64,000 bases of DNA, from NCBI GenBank assembly GCA_030426125.1, contig JAUHZB010000004.1, positions 9,253 through 73,252 on the forward strand, read 5' to 3'. The notes under the pieces are model-generated. The model did no database searches, was not told the origin of the DNA, and saw only the letters and a program-made list of their open reading frames with translations. Made by a program: the position numbers and the translations under genes. Positions 45,859 to 55,316 of the stretch are shown piece after piece (position 1 is the stretch's first letter; each line of letters opens with the position of its first letter). Source of the DNA: a bacterium. Lineage in GTDB: Bacteria; Patescibacteriota; Saccharimonadia; Saccharimonadales; AWTP1-31.

Positions 45859-46539
45859 ATGATTTTACTAGATCGTGTGACCAAGAAATATAACAAGAAT
45901 GCTCAGGCGTTAGAGAAGATAAGTCTTCATGTTGAGCCAAAAGAGTTTGTGATTATTGTAGGAGCTAGCGGTGCTGGTAAATCGACAATCTTAAAACTGC
46001 TTACTAGAGAAGAAAAGCCAACAACCGGTAAAATAATTGTTGGAGGACTGGATTACTCAACGCTGAAAGACAGAGAGATTCCGATACTAAGGAGAAAGAT
46101 CGGGGTAGTTTTCCAAGATTTTAAGTTACTGCCGAACCGCACCGTTTTTGAGAATGTTGCCTTCGCTCTAGAAATTGTTGGAGTTGGCAATAAAGAAATT
46201 GACCATACGGTACCTAGAGTGTTGGATATAGTGGGATTAAAGGGTAAAGAGAAGAGAATGCCACGCGAACTATCTGGTGGAGAGCTTCAAAGAGTTGCCA
46301 TCGCAAGAGCAATTGTTCGACAGCCAAGAATATTAATTGCTGATGAGCCAACCGGAAACCTGGATCCTAAGCATGCCTGGGATGTTATTCGGGTGCTGGA
46401 GAAGATTAATCGTTATGGCACTACGGTGATACTTACTACCCATAACCAAGAGATTGTTAATAAGTTAAAACGCAGGGTAATTACTATTAAAGATGGTCGG
46501 ATCGCGAGTGATAAGGCCAGTGGAGAATATCATTCATGA
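45859..46539 (+). CDS. ftsE: Cell division ABC ATPase FtsE
   Basis: Walker A GASGAGKST, signature LSGGELQRV, Walker B ILIADEPTGNLD. Confidence 0.9.
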   Translation: MILLDRVTKKYNKNAQALEKISLHVEPKEFVIIVGASGAGKSTILKLLTREEKPTTGKIIVGGLDYSTLKDREIPILRRKIGVVFQDFKLLPNRTVFENVAFALEIVGVGNKEIDHTVPRVLDIVGLKGKEKRMPRELSGGELQRVAIARAIVRQPRILIADEPTGNLDPKHAWDVIRVLEKINRYGTTVILTTHNQEIVNKLKRRVITIKDGRIASDKASGEYHS

Positions 46540-47486
46540 GAATTCGACATAACTTGATTATATTTCGGCGAATCATTAAGGCCGGTATTCTTAATTTTAT
46601 TCGTAATGCTTGGTTGGGGTTGGCTGCAATAGCTGTGATGGTTATTACTTTGACCATAATATTATTCTCGATCATCGCCAATTCAACCTTTAACTACACC
46701 ATAACCCAGATAACCGACAAGATAGACATCTCGGTATATTTAAAAGATAGTGTTGGTGTAAAAGACCGGGATCAATTAATTGAAGATCTAGAAAATCTGG
46801 ATAGCGTAAAAGAAGTTAATTATGTATCAAAAGATGAGGCTCTGGAGAGATATAAGGAGCAAAATAAGGGGAACTTAGATCTACTGCTAGCAATATCGCA
46901 AACCGACAACCCTTTGCCAGCTAGTTTACAGTTAAAACCAACTGACCCTAATAACATTGAGCCTATTAGACAGTTCCTTGAATCAGAAGAAATTAAGGAG
47001 CTACAATCCGATGAAACTTCATACTCTGGTGATCGAAAAACCGCCATCGATAAAATAACCAATGCTACTAGTTTTATTGGTAGAGCCGGAGTTGTCGGGG
47101 TGTTGGTATTTGCTTTTATCTCAATGTTGATTATCTTTAACACCATCCAGATGGCTATCTTTAACAGACGTAGTGAGTTGACTATCATGCGCCTTCTTGG
47201 AGCTAGCACTAACTACATTAGAGGTCCATTTATAGTTGAAAGTGTTCTTTATGGAATAGTATCTGGGGTGATATCGATAGCTATTGTTAATGTCTTATTT
47301 TCAGTTTCAGCTAAAGCCTTTGGGGCAAGCAGTCTAGGTATATTAGACATTGAGTTTGCCAATGTTTACTTTGCAGATAACTTCTGGCGATTCTTAGGAT
47401 TGCAGCTAGGCGTAGGTATATTAATTGGCTCAATCTCAGCATTGATTGCCACTAGAAGGTACTTGAAATTTAAGACCTCAAAATAG
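46536..47486 (+). CDS. ftsX: Cell division permease-like protein FtsX
   Basis: Four TM segments with a large first extracytoplasmic loop and a 4-nt overlap with ftsE. Confidence 0.85.
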   Translation: MRIRHNLIIFRRIIKAGILNFIRNAWLGLAAIAVMVITLTIILFSIIANSTFNYTITQITDKIDISVYLKDSVGVKDRDQLIEDLENLDSVKEVNYVSKDEALERYKEQNKGNLDLLLAISQTDNPLPASLQLKPTDPNNIEPIRQFLESEEIKELQSDETSYSGDRKTAIDKITNATSFIGRAGVVGVLVFAFISMLIIFNTIQMAIFNRRSELTIMRLLGASTNYIRGPFIVESVLYGIVSGVISIAIVNVLFSVSAKAFGASSLGILDIEFANVYFADNFWRFLGLQLGVGILIGSISALIATRRYLKFKTSK

Positions 47487-47571
47487 TATTATTAGTATTC
47501 CGCTTAAGTACAATAATTCTTAAGCTTTTTGGTTGATTATTAGGAGTAATTATGCTAGTATTAGGAAGATT

Positions 47572-48771
47572 ATGAAAAATAAAAAAATCAACATAAAAAA
47601 ATACATAAATCAGAGTAAATTACCTCTGATTGGTTTTAGTATGCTAGCAATTGTTGGTTTGGTGGCTGCTCCACTAGTAAATGCTTTAACGGCAGATGAA
47701 ATTGCTGAGCGAGCACAACTCCAGCGTGATATAGAACGACAAAGCGACCAGAAAGACGAATTATCTGTCGAAGCTTCTTCGATTAGTGAAGCGGTTAAAG
47801 AACTAGAAGCTCAAATTGCGATTTTACAGAATCAAATAACTAGAAGTCAGAAAAAAGTTGATGATCTAGAAAAAAAGATTGCAAAAGCCCAGGCTGAACT
47901 AGAAAAACAGAAAGAAGTACTTGGCAAAAACATTCGCGCAGTTTATTTAGAAGGTCAAATTTCAACTCTTGAGATGCTGGCTTCTAGTAAAGACTTGAGT
48001 GAGTTTGTAGACAAACAACAATACCGTAATTCTGTTCAGGAAAAGATTAAAGAGACTTTAGAAAAGATTACTGATCTTAAATTCCAGCTTCGAGCTCAAA
48101 AAGACGAAGTTGAGAAATACTTAAAAGACCAAGAACAGGCCAGAGACAAGGTTGCTAGCCAACGTTCTGAACAAAAAAGATTACTATCACTAAATAAAAG
48201 TGAACAAGCAGCATTGAACGCTAAGATAAAAAGTAACAGTGCCCGGGTAGCTGAGTTAAATGCTAAGCAGGTTGAAGAAAACCGCCGTGCATTAGGTGGA
48301 AATCTGCCAGCTGGTGTTCCAGGTGGTGGTGGCTACAAATATGGTAACGCTGTTTGTTTGTGGCCAGGTTACGCAGATCCACCATGCCGAGAGTATGATT
48401 GGGGCTATCCATCTTCTTCTAGTCCGCGTAACTTATACGACGAGTGGGGCTATGGATATCGTAACTGTACTAGTTGGGCAGCCTTTAGGGTAGTCCAAGT
48501 ACTAGGCTATACTCCTCCAGGATTAACTCAGTTAGGTCACGCCAAGAGCTGGCCATACAACACTAGTGCAACCGTAAATTCTAATCCTAGTGGCGGTAAC
48601 GCAACGGTAGCGGTTAGTGGTGGTACTTACGGACACGTACGTTTTGTTGAAAACGTCTATGGTGATGGATCGATTCAAGTCAGTGACTATAACTTTGGTG
48701 GTGACGGAATCTACCGGAAGTACACTTTAACTGCAGCCCAAGCCTCAGCATTAACGTATATTCACTATTAA
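47572..48771 (+). CDS. Secreted/anchored coiled-coil + CHAP-domain peptidoglycan hydrolase (PcsB-like)
   Basis: Signal/anchor segment, a ~230-aa heptad-rich region, and a C-terminal CHAP domain (NCTSWAAFRV Cys; GHVRFVENV His). It sits immediately after ftsEX. Confidence 0.8.
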   Translation: MKNKKINIKKYINQSKLPLIGFSMLAIVGLVAAPLVNALTADEIAERAQLQRDIERQSDQKDELSVEASSISEAVKELEAQIAILQNQITRSQKKVDDLEKKIAKAQAELEKQKEVLGKNIRAVYLEGQISTLEMLASSKDLSEFVDKQQYRNSVQEKIKETLEKITDLKFQLRAQKDEVEKYLKDQEQARDKVASQRSEQKRLLSLNKSEQAALNAKIKSNSARVAELNAKQVEENRRALGGNLPAGVPGGGGYKYGNAVCLWPGYADPPCREYDWGYPSSSSPRNLYDEWGYGYRNCTSWAAFRVVQVLGYTPPGLTQLGHAKSWPYNTSATVNSNPSGGNATVAVSGGTYGHVRFVENVYGDGSIQVSDYNFGGDGIYRKYTLTAAQASALTYIHY

Positions 48772-48894
48772 TAGCCGCTAATAACATTTAGAGCATTAGC
48801 CTTTTAGTATCATAAATATTGCTGGTGGGTTACAATATTTGAGTATTGAAATTAGAAATATTGTTTATTCCAAAGTTATCAAGGAGGGGATTGT

Positions 48895-50070
48895 ATGGGG
48901 AGTATTAGTTTTAAAAAAGTTCTAGCTGCTATTGTGCTGGTTAGCTTAATTTTTTTCGTTGGCGTTCAAGCTGGCAGAGGCAATGTTTCTTTTGGTGGGG
49001 TTTCAAATTCTGCTAATAGCAATCTACCGGAAGATATAGATTATTCGAGTGTTGAAGAACTCTACGACAGCCTACGCAAGCAGTACGATGGACAGTTGGA
49101 TTACCAGAAGTTATTGGATGGTTTGAAGTCTGGCTTAGCCTCAGCTAGTGGCGATCCATATACCGAATATCTAAGCAGTCAGCAAGCTGAGCAGTTTGAA
49201 GCTGACCTTAATGGAAGCTTTGAAGGAATTGGCGCAGAGCTAAGCAAGAAAGACCAATTTGTGGTAATCGTGGCACCGATAAAAGATACCCCGGCAGATA
49301 AAGCTGGCTTACGCCCAAATGACAAAATTAGTAAAATTGATGATCAAAATGCGTTTGGTATAACAATCGAAGAAGCGGTTAACAAAATACGCGGACCTAA
49401 AGGAACTAAGGTGAAACTGACAATTATTCGAGACGATAAACAACAAGATATTGAAATTGTTCGCGACACTATTAATGTACCAAGCGTGGAGAGCAGTGTT
49501 AAGGAAGGTATTGGCTATTTAACAATCTATAGATTTGCCAATGACACTTCAGCTTTAGCTAGAAAAGCAGCCAGAGAATTCAAGCAGGCTAATGTTGCGG
49601 GGGTAGTGTTAGATCTAAGGAGCAATCCAGGTGGCTATTTAGACTCTGCTGTTAATGTATCTAGTATTTGGCTTCAAGATAAGGTCGTATTGCGTGAAAA
49701 GCGTGGCGATGTGGTCATTAAAACATATAACAGCAATGGCCAAGCAACCTTGGCTGGCATTCCCACGGTTGTATTAATAAATGAGGGTAGCGCTAGTGCC
49801 AGTGAGATAACCGCAGGCGCTTTAAAGGACCATGGCGTGGCTACACTGATCGGTGAGAAGAGTTATGGTAAGGGTAGCGTTCAGCAACCAGAGCGCTTGG
49901 ACGCTGGTGGGCTACTAAAAGTGACAATAGCTCGGTGGTACACACCAAACGATAAAAACATCGACAAAGAAGGCATACAACCAGACAAGAAAGTCGAGAT
50001 AACCGAAGAGGATATTGAAGCTGGTCGCGATCCTCAGTTGCAGGCAGCAACCAAGTTTTTGCAAAAATAG
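48895..50070 (+). CDS. ctpA: Carboxy-terminal processing (S41) protease with PDZ domain
   Basis: PDZ (DTPADKAGLRPNDKISKID), GSASASEI (Ser) and SYGKGSVQ (Lys). Confidence 0.85.
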   Translation: MGSISFKKVLAAIVLVSLIFFVGVQAGRGNVSFGGVSNSANSNLPEDIDYSSVEELYDSLRKQYDGQLDYQKLLDGLKSGLASASGDPYTEYLSSQQAEQFEADLNGSFEGIGAELSKKDQFVVIVAPIKDTPADKAGLRPNDKISKIDDQNAFGITIEEAVNKIRGPKGTKVKLTIIRDDKQQDIEIVRDTINVPSVESSVKEGIGYLTIYRFANDTSALARKAAREFKQANVAGVVLDLRSNPGGYLDSAVNVSSIWLQDKVVLREKRGDVVIKTYNSNGQATLAGIPTVVLINEGSASASEITAGALKDHGVATLIGEKSYGKGSVQQPERLDAGGLLKVTIARWYTPNDKNIDKEGIQPDKKVEITEEDIEAGRDPQLQAATKFLQK

Positions 50071-50134
50071 TCTTAAAAAAGTTTAAACATTTAGGACAAT
50101 CTGCTAGTATCTAATGTATAAAGGGAGATAGGTT

Positions 50135-51739
50135 TTGGCGAAGCCAGTTAAGTACGTATTTGTTACAGGTGGAGTTCTTTCAGGATTAGGAAAGGGTATT
50201 ACCGCCGCCTCCATCGGAAACATACTTAAGGCTCGCGGACTTAAAGTAAACATCCAGAAACTTGATCCTTATCTAAATGTTGATGCTGGTACACTAAACC
50301 CTTCTGAACATGGAGAATGTTTTGTAACGAGAGACGGGGCTGAAACTGATTTAGACCTCGGTCATTATGAAAGGTTCTTAAATATTGAGCTAACTTCTAG
50401 TAGCTCGGTAATGAGTGGTAGAGTGCTACGTAATCTAATTGATGATGAGCGGCGCGGTAAATTCCTAGGTAAAACAGTCCAACTAGTTCCACATTTCACT
50501 GAAGCTATAATTGACACCGTTAAAGAAGCGGCCAAGGGTTTTGACGTACATATTGTTGAAATTGGTGGAACCGTTGGTGATTACGAGAGTCCAGCCTTTT
50601 ATGAAGCGATTCGAGAACTCGGTAGTGAAGTCGGGCCTCAAAACTGTTTGTATGTTCAAGTGGTTTACATGCCGTACCTTTCAACCAGTAAAGAAATTAA
50701 GACAAAGCCAGCCCAGAACGCAGTTCGTAGCCTAAGAAGTATGGGGATAATACCAGACGTATTGGCCGCTAGAAGTGAAATGCCAACTAATGGTCATACC
50801 AAAGAGAAGCTAAGTTCTTTTTGTGGTGTAGATAAGGAAGGAATTGCTATCCTGCCGAATGCCCGGACGGTTTATGAGGTGCCACTAACTCTTGAAGAGC
50901 AGGGTATTGGCCGCTATATTATGGAAAAATTAAACCTCAAGAATAAGAAGCCACAGTTGAACGACTGGAAGAAGATGGTTGATACTATCGTTGCCGATAG
51001 AAAGCCAAAGTATAAGATTGGGGTGGTAGCAAAATATCTGGATAACCAAGACACCTATATGTCGGTATTTGAGGCCCTAAGAGCTGCTTCATGGCGGTTT
51101 AATGCCGACGTTGAGATTATTTGGGTAGATGCTGAAAAATTAGCTAAAACACAGAGCTATGTAAGTGTATTAGATGACCTAGATGGAATTGTAGTTCCAG
51201 GTGGTTTTGGTATTCGTGGTGTTGAAGGTAAGGTTATAGCTGCAAGGTATGCACTAAAGAATAATATTCCTTACCTAGGACTATGTTTAGGTATGCAGGT
51301 GGCTGTAATTGCGGCAGCAAGAAATGCTGGTTTAAGTGAAGCTACTTCAGAAGAGTTAGATCCAACAGCTAAAGACCTTGTGATCTACACTATGGCTGAT
51401 CAAAAAGGCAAAGAAAATACTGGTGGAACTATGAGGCTAGGTAATTATGACTGTAAGCTAACTAAGGGTAGCAAGAGTGCTAAGCTGTATAAAAAGCAGC
51501 TGATAGTTGAACGACATCGACACCGTTATGAAGCAAACAACCAATACATTGATCAATATACAGATTGGGGAATCGAAGCGACTGGAAAATCTCCAGACGG
51601 TAGGCTAGTTGAAATAATAGAAGCTACAGACCACAGATTTTTTGTTGCAAGCCAATTTCATCCGGAATTTACTTCTAGACCGAATGTACCACACCCATTG
51701 TTCTTAGGATTTATTGAGAGTTTAAGTACTAAAAAGTAG
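50135..51739 (+). CDS. pyrG: CTP synthase
   Basis: KYVFVTGGVLSGLGKG, amidotransferase GLCLGMQ, HRHRYE. TTG start with SD gggag. Confidence 0.95.
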   Translation: MAKPVKYVFVTGGVLSGLGKGITAASIGNILKARGLKVNIQKLDPYLNVDAGTLNPSEHGECFVTRDGAETDLDLGHYERFLNIELTSSSSVMSGRVLRNLIDDERRGKFLGKTVQLVPHFTEAIIDTVKEAAKGFDVHIVEIGGTVGDYESPAFYEAIRELGSEVGPQNCLYVQVVYMPYLSTSKEIKTKPAQNAVRSLRSMGIIPDVLAARSEMPTNGHTKEKLSSFCGVDKEGIAILPNARTVYEVPLTLEEQGIGRYIMEKLNLKNKKPQLNDWKKMVDTIVADRKPKYKIGVVAKYLDNQDTYMSVFEALRAASWRFNADVEIIWVDAEKLAKTQSYVSVLDDLDGIVVPGGFGIRGVEGKVIAARYALKNNIPYLGLCLGMQVAVIAAARNAGLSEATSEELDPTAKDLVIYTMADQKGKENTGGTMRLGNYDCKLTKGSKSAKLYKKQLIVERHRHRYEANNQYIDQYTDWGIEATGKSPDGRLVEIIEATDHRFFVASQFHPEFTSRPNVPHPLFLGFIESLSTKK

Positions 51740-51775
51740 TTGCTAAACATTTAATTTTATACTAGGATAAGCACT

Positions 51776-52162
51776 ATGGAAGAACAAACTAAAAAGCACA
51801 AAATATTACTAGTAGAAGATGATGATGCCTTAGCTAGTGTTTACCAAACTCGTTTGCAGGCCGAAGGCTTCGATATAAAGCGAGAGCCAAATGGCGAGCA
51901 AGCACTTGATAGTGCAAAAGAATATAAGCCGGACCTAATTGTATTAGATGTAATGATGCCTAAAGTTAGCGGTTTTGACGTTCTAGATATCCTTAAAAAC
52001 ACTCCGGAGACTGCAAACATTAAGATTGTGATGCTTACAGCTCTTAGTCAGGATAGCGACAAGGAAAGAGCTCAAAGCCTAGGCGCCGATGATTACTTGG
52101 TTAAATCTCAAGTTGTTATTGCTGACGTTGTTGAGAAGATTAAGCAACATTTAGCTGCTTAA
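51776..52162 (+). CDS. Stand-alone response-regulator receiver domain (canonical)
   Basis: LLVEDDD, LIVLDVMMP (Asp acceptor), MLTAL, YLVKS. No output domain and no kinase gene adjacent. Confidence 0.85.
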   Translation: MEEQTKKHKILLVEDDDALASVYQTRLQAEGFDIKREPNGEQALDSAKEYKPDLIVLDVMMPKVSGFDVLDILKNTPETANIKIVMLTALSQDSDKERAQSLGADDYLVKSQVVIADVVEKIKQHLAA

Positions 52163-52234
52163 TATATATTGATAAATTTATAGCAGGATTCTAATTTAAT
52201 AACCCCGGGACCCAGGGCTATTTTTGTTTTCATA

Positions 52235-52263
52235 TTGACGTTTATGCTTATTCGTGCTAGAGT
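52235..52263 (+). promoter_or_regulatory. Sigma-70-type promoter for ORF 52309
   Basis: TTGACG (52235-40), 17-nt spacer, TAGAGT (52258-63). Confidence 0.5.
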
Positions 52264-52308
52264 AGTGTAGTAAATTACAAAAACAAAAATAAAAAAAAGG
52301 AAATAATT

Positions 52309-52608
52309 ATGAGTAGCGAAATGCCACCAATACAACCAGCAGATCAACAGCCTGTAGCAGACCCAAATCAGGTTGCTGAACAAGAAACACAAGGACAGCA
52401 ACCAGCCGAATATACTCCACAAGATGATGGATTAGATAGTCTTTTTGATCCTAAGCACGAGGGTAGTGTTGAAGCTGCTGCAAGAGATCCACGACCTACT
52501 CCCGATCCTGCAGCAATTGAAGCTCAGCAACAAATGGATGTATCGGCAGCTGACCGTTTAAATAGAGAAGATGCCGGTTTGGATCCAAGAGTTCATGATC
52601 TGACATAG
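52309..52608 (+). CDS. Hypothetical acidic P/Q/D/A-rich, probably disordered small protein
   Basis: 99-aa ORF with an SD-like aaggaa 7 nt upstream, its own promoter and its own terminator. No motif recognised. Confidence 0.45.
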   Translation: MSSEMPPIQPADQQPVADPNQVAEQETQGQQPAEYTPQDDGLDSLFDPKHEGSVEAAARDPRPTPDPAAIEAQQQMDVSAADRLNREDAGLDPRVHDLT

Positions 52609-52635
52609 TCGCCATCCGATAAGTGGGCACTAAAT

Positions 52636-52666
52636 AAAACCCCTAGATGATTTTCTAGGGGTTTTT
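52636..52666. terminator. Bidirectional rho-independent terminator between convergent ORF 52309 and rpmA
   Basis: AAAA-cccctaga (52640-47), loop tgattt, tctagggg (52654-61), TTTTT. A-run and T-run flanks serve both strands. Confidence 0.8.
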
Positions 52667-52690
52667 GTTTAGTTTGAGTAGTTTGAGTAT

Positions 52691-52963
52691 TTATTCTACA
52701 GTTACTTCAGTTCGCTTAACTGATTTACCGCTAAATAGTCTTACTCTTCGTTCGTTAAACTTAACGATACCGTCTTTGGCAGCGTGAATAGTGTAGTTTC
52801 GGCTTAGTTTAGTGCCTTTACCAGCTCTTTTAGTTAGACCAACTTGTCTGACGATGATTTCACCAACACTAACTTTTTGGCCACCAAATAGCTTAACACC
52901 AAGTCTTTGACCTTGGCTATCTCTGTTGTTCTTGCTAGTACCACCAGCTTTTACATGACTCAT
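52691..52963 (-). CDS. rpmA: 50S ribosomal protein L27
   Basis: MSHVKAGGTSKNNRDSQGQRLGVK..; there is no N-terminal Prp-cleaved extension. Confidence 0.95.
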   Translation of the reverse strand: MSHVKAGGTSKNNRDSQGQRLGVKLFGGQKVSVGEIIVRQVGLTKRAGKGTKLSRNYTIHAAKDGIVKFNERRVRLFSGKSVKRTEVTVE

Positions 52964-52983
52964 TGATGACCTCTAATTACTTA

Positions 52984-54183
52984 TTAATTATCTGCTTTAT
53001 TTAATATTACAAGCTCACGTCCAACTATTTGATCTTCTCGTCTGTATATCAATTTAGACTTAACGTGAACAAAACTCGCTTCAGTATACCCGATTTCCTC
53101 GAGGTGGTCAAGGACTGGAAGATGAATATATTGGTTTTTTATTCGCCACACTGGGACGGCTAGAGCCAGGGGGGTGCCAGGCTTTATTTGGCTGGCAATA
53201 TTTTCTAAGAATTTTTTATGAATATGGTTACAATCCTGGACGATTTTTTGCATTGTAGCAGTGTCAGGCTCGCTAGAAAGCGGTCTTCCAAGGTAGGTTT
53301 CACCGGCAACAACATCGAATGGTTGATCCCATCTGTCCTTCATTGCGTCTCTAAGTTCCAGGGTGAAATTTATCGGCTGATTGGTGTTATCGGCTAACCA
53401 CTCTAAGTTTTCCCGAGAATAATCTATCATTCGCTGGTCTATGTCAGTACCATAAGTTTTAAAACCCATTAAGCTGGCTTCTTGGAGTATCACACCGGTA
53501 CCACAGAAGGGGTCGAGTAGGGTTTTGGTCTCGTTGCCGGCGGGACCACGATCCGCCAGATTTACTATTGTTTGAGCTAATTTGGGTGGTAACATGCCAA
53601 CTTTGGAGTCTCTCTTTGGTCGTTGGTGGTCTCTGGCTGAATAGGCATCGATATCTTGTTCTTTTTTAGTAACTGCAATGATACTGTTTTGCTGACTGCC
53701 AATTACTATTATCTCTAGGCCCAGATCACTGGTTAATTTGTTGTATAGAACCTGGGCACTGTTTAAAGACAGAGCTTTATTAGGAATAATTCTAACTGAT
53801 CTACCGCTGTTTTTTATATCTTTTTTAAGGCTGAACATAGAGCGATTTAAGCTAGCAAGATCACAGCTGACGTTGTATATGCTAATCCCTAACTTTAGTT
53901 TACCCTCCGGTAAATTTTGAGCGTACTGTGGTATAGCTTCCTTTAATGAAGCAAGTAATTCTGGCCACCTCCTAGAGTTCACGACAGTGAGTTGCTGGGC
54001 TAGCTTGATACTTCCACCTAGACGCTGGAAGTCCACTTTTTCACACGGTAGTTCTAGCCGGGCGACATTTTCGCCGATTGGTTGCAGTTTTTCGGGTCCG
54101 TATAGTGCTTCCAGTTCGGCAATGGCTAACTGAGGTTGCCTACCTAGGATCAATATAGAGCTGTTATTATTATCCATCGCCAT
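52984..54183 (-). CDS. Putative SAM-dependent RNA methyltransferase (UPF0020/Trm11-RlmL-like)
   Basis: Motif I LDPFCGTGVILQEA and an N-terminal THUMP-like region. The motif IV position reads GETYLG instead of (D/N)PPY, so the substrate is uncertain. Confidence 0.55.
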   Translation of the reverse strand: MAMDNNNSSILILGRQPQLAIAELEALYGPEKLQPIGENVARLELPCEKVDFQRLGGSIKLAQQLTVVNSRRWPELLASLKEAIPQYAQNLPEGKLKLGISIYNVSCDLASLNRSMFSLKKDIKNSGRSVRIIPNKALSLNSAQVLYNKLTSDLGLEIIVIGSQQNSIIAVTKKEQDIDAYSARDHQRPKRDSKVGMLPPKLAQTIVNLADRGPAGNETKTLLDPFCGTGVILQEASLMGFKTYGTDIDQRMIDYSRENLEWLADNTNQPINFTLELRDAMKDRWDQPFDVVAGETYLGRPLSSEPDTATMQKIVQDCNHIHKKFLENIASQIKPGTPLALAVPVWRIKNQYIHLPVLDHLEEIGYTEASFVHVKSKLIYRREDQIVGRELVILNKADN

Positions 54184-54239
54184 CCATTATATGGAACAAG
54201 CTGTCTTCTACCTAATCTAGTATAGCTTGCGGTAGATTT

Positions 54240-55313
54240 ATGGCCTCGATCGTCTTGGTGTATAGTTTATATATACTTATGAGCAAACAAACCAAGGCCA
54301 GATGGAAGATAATATTTAATTTAGTGATTTTTTTTGGGTTTATCGGTTTAATTTATGCGCTCAGAGAACAAATAGTAGACAGTATTCAACAGATAGATAA
54401 GGTCGATTGGCGAGTATTACTGCTTTTGCCAGTCTGGCAGGCCTTAAACTACCACGCCTATGCCAAACAGAACCAGCAATTATTTGCTATTTTGGGCTAC
54501 CACATAAAGTATAAGTTTCTGTACCGGGTGAATCTTGAGCTCAATTTTGTAAATCTAGTATTACCTAGTGGTGGGTTATCCGGTTTTTCCTATTTTAGTC
54601 TTCGAATGAAAGACCGAAAAGTTAGCGGTACTAGCGCTTCCTTGGTAAATTTACTTAGATTTGTGCTAGTTTTCATTACTTTCCAGGTCATTTTATTCTT
54701 AGCGCTAATAATGCTTAGTTTTAGTGGGCAGGTTAACGGATTTATCCTGTTAGTTGGTGGTTCATTGTCGACGTTAATAATGGTTGGTACGCTTATCGTC
54801 GGTTTTATCATTGGTAGCAATCGCCGGATAAACTTATTCTTTGGCTTCATTACCAAGGTTTTGAATCGCTTAATTCATTTCTTTAGACCAAAACATCCGG
54901 AAACTATCAATGTGGCTAGAGCCAAGCAGGCTTTTGAGGATTTACATAATAATTACTTGATAGTTAAGCGCAACTATATGGATCTTAAGATGCCTATTAT
55001 TTGGTCGTTGGTGGCAAATATAACCGAAATATTAACAATCTATAGCGTATACATAGCTTTCGGTCAGTGGGTGAATCCGGGCGCGGTAATCCTAGCCTTT
55101 GCAGTAGCTAATTTTGCTGGTTTTTTGTCAGTTCTACCGAGTGGGCTAGGTGTTTACGAAGCCTTAATGACTGCCGTACTAGCTGTTGGTGGTATCCCGC
55201 CAAGCCTCAGTATTCCGGTAACTGTAATGTATCGAGTTCTTAGTATTGGAATTCAGGTTATTCCAGGGTATTACTTGTACTATACTCGCAAGAAATCCGT
55301 TCAGGCTAAATAG
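54240..55313 (+). CDS. Polytopic membrane protein, flippase-like / lysyl-PG synthase TM-region (UPF0104)-like
   Basis: About 8 TM segments. The pattern SVLPSGLGVYEALM near the C-terminus resembles UPF0104. The start may be an internal Met at 54279. Confidence 0.5.
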   Translation: MASIVLVYSLYILMSKQTKARWKIIFNLVIFFGFIGLIYALREQIVDSIQQIDKVDWRVLLLLPVWQALNYHAYAKQNQQLFAILGYHIKYKFLYRVNLELNFVNLVLPSGGLSGFSYFSLRMKDRKVSGTSASLVNLLRFVLVFITFQVILFLALIMLSFSGQVNGFILLVGGSLSTLIMVGTLIVGFIIGSNRRINLFFGFITKVLNRLIHFFRPKHPETINVARAKQAFEDLHNNYLIVKRNYMDLKMPIIWSLVANITEILTIYSVYIAFGQWVNPGAVILAFAVANFAGFLSVLPSGLGVYEALMTAVLAVGGIPPSLSIPVTVMYRVLSIGIQVIPGYYLYYTRKKSVQAK

Positions 55314-55316
55314 TTT

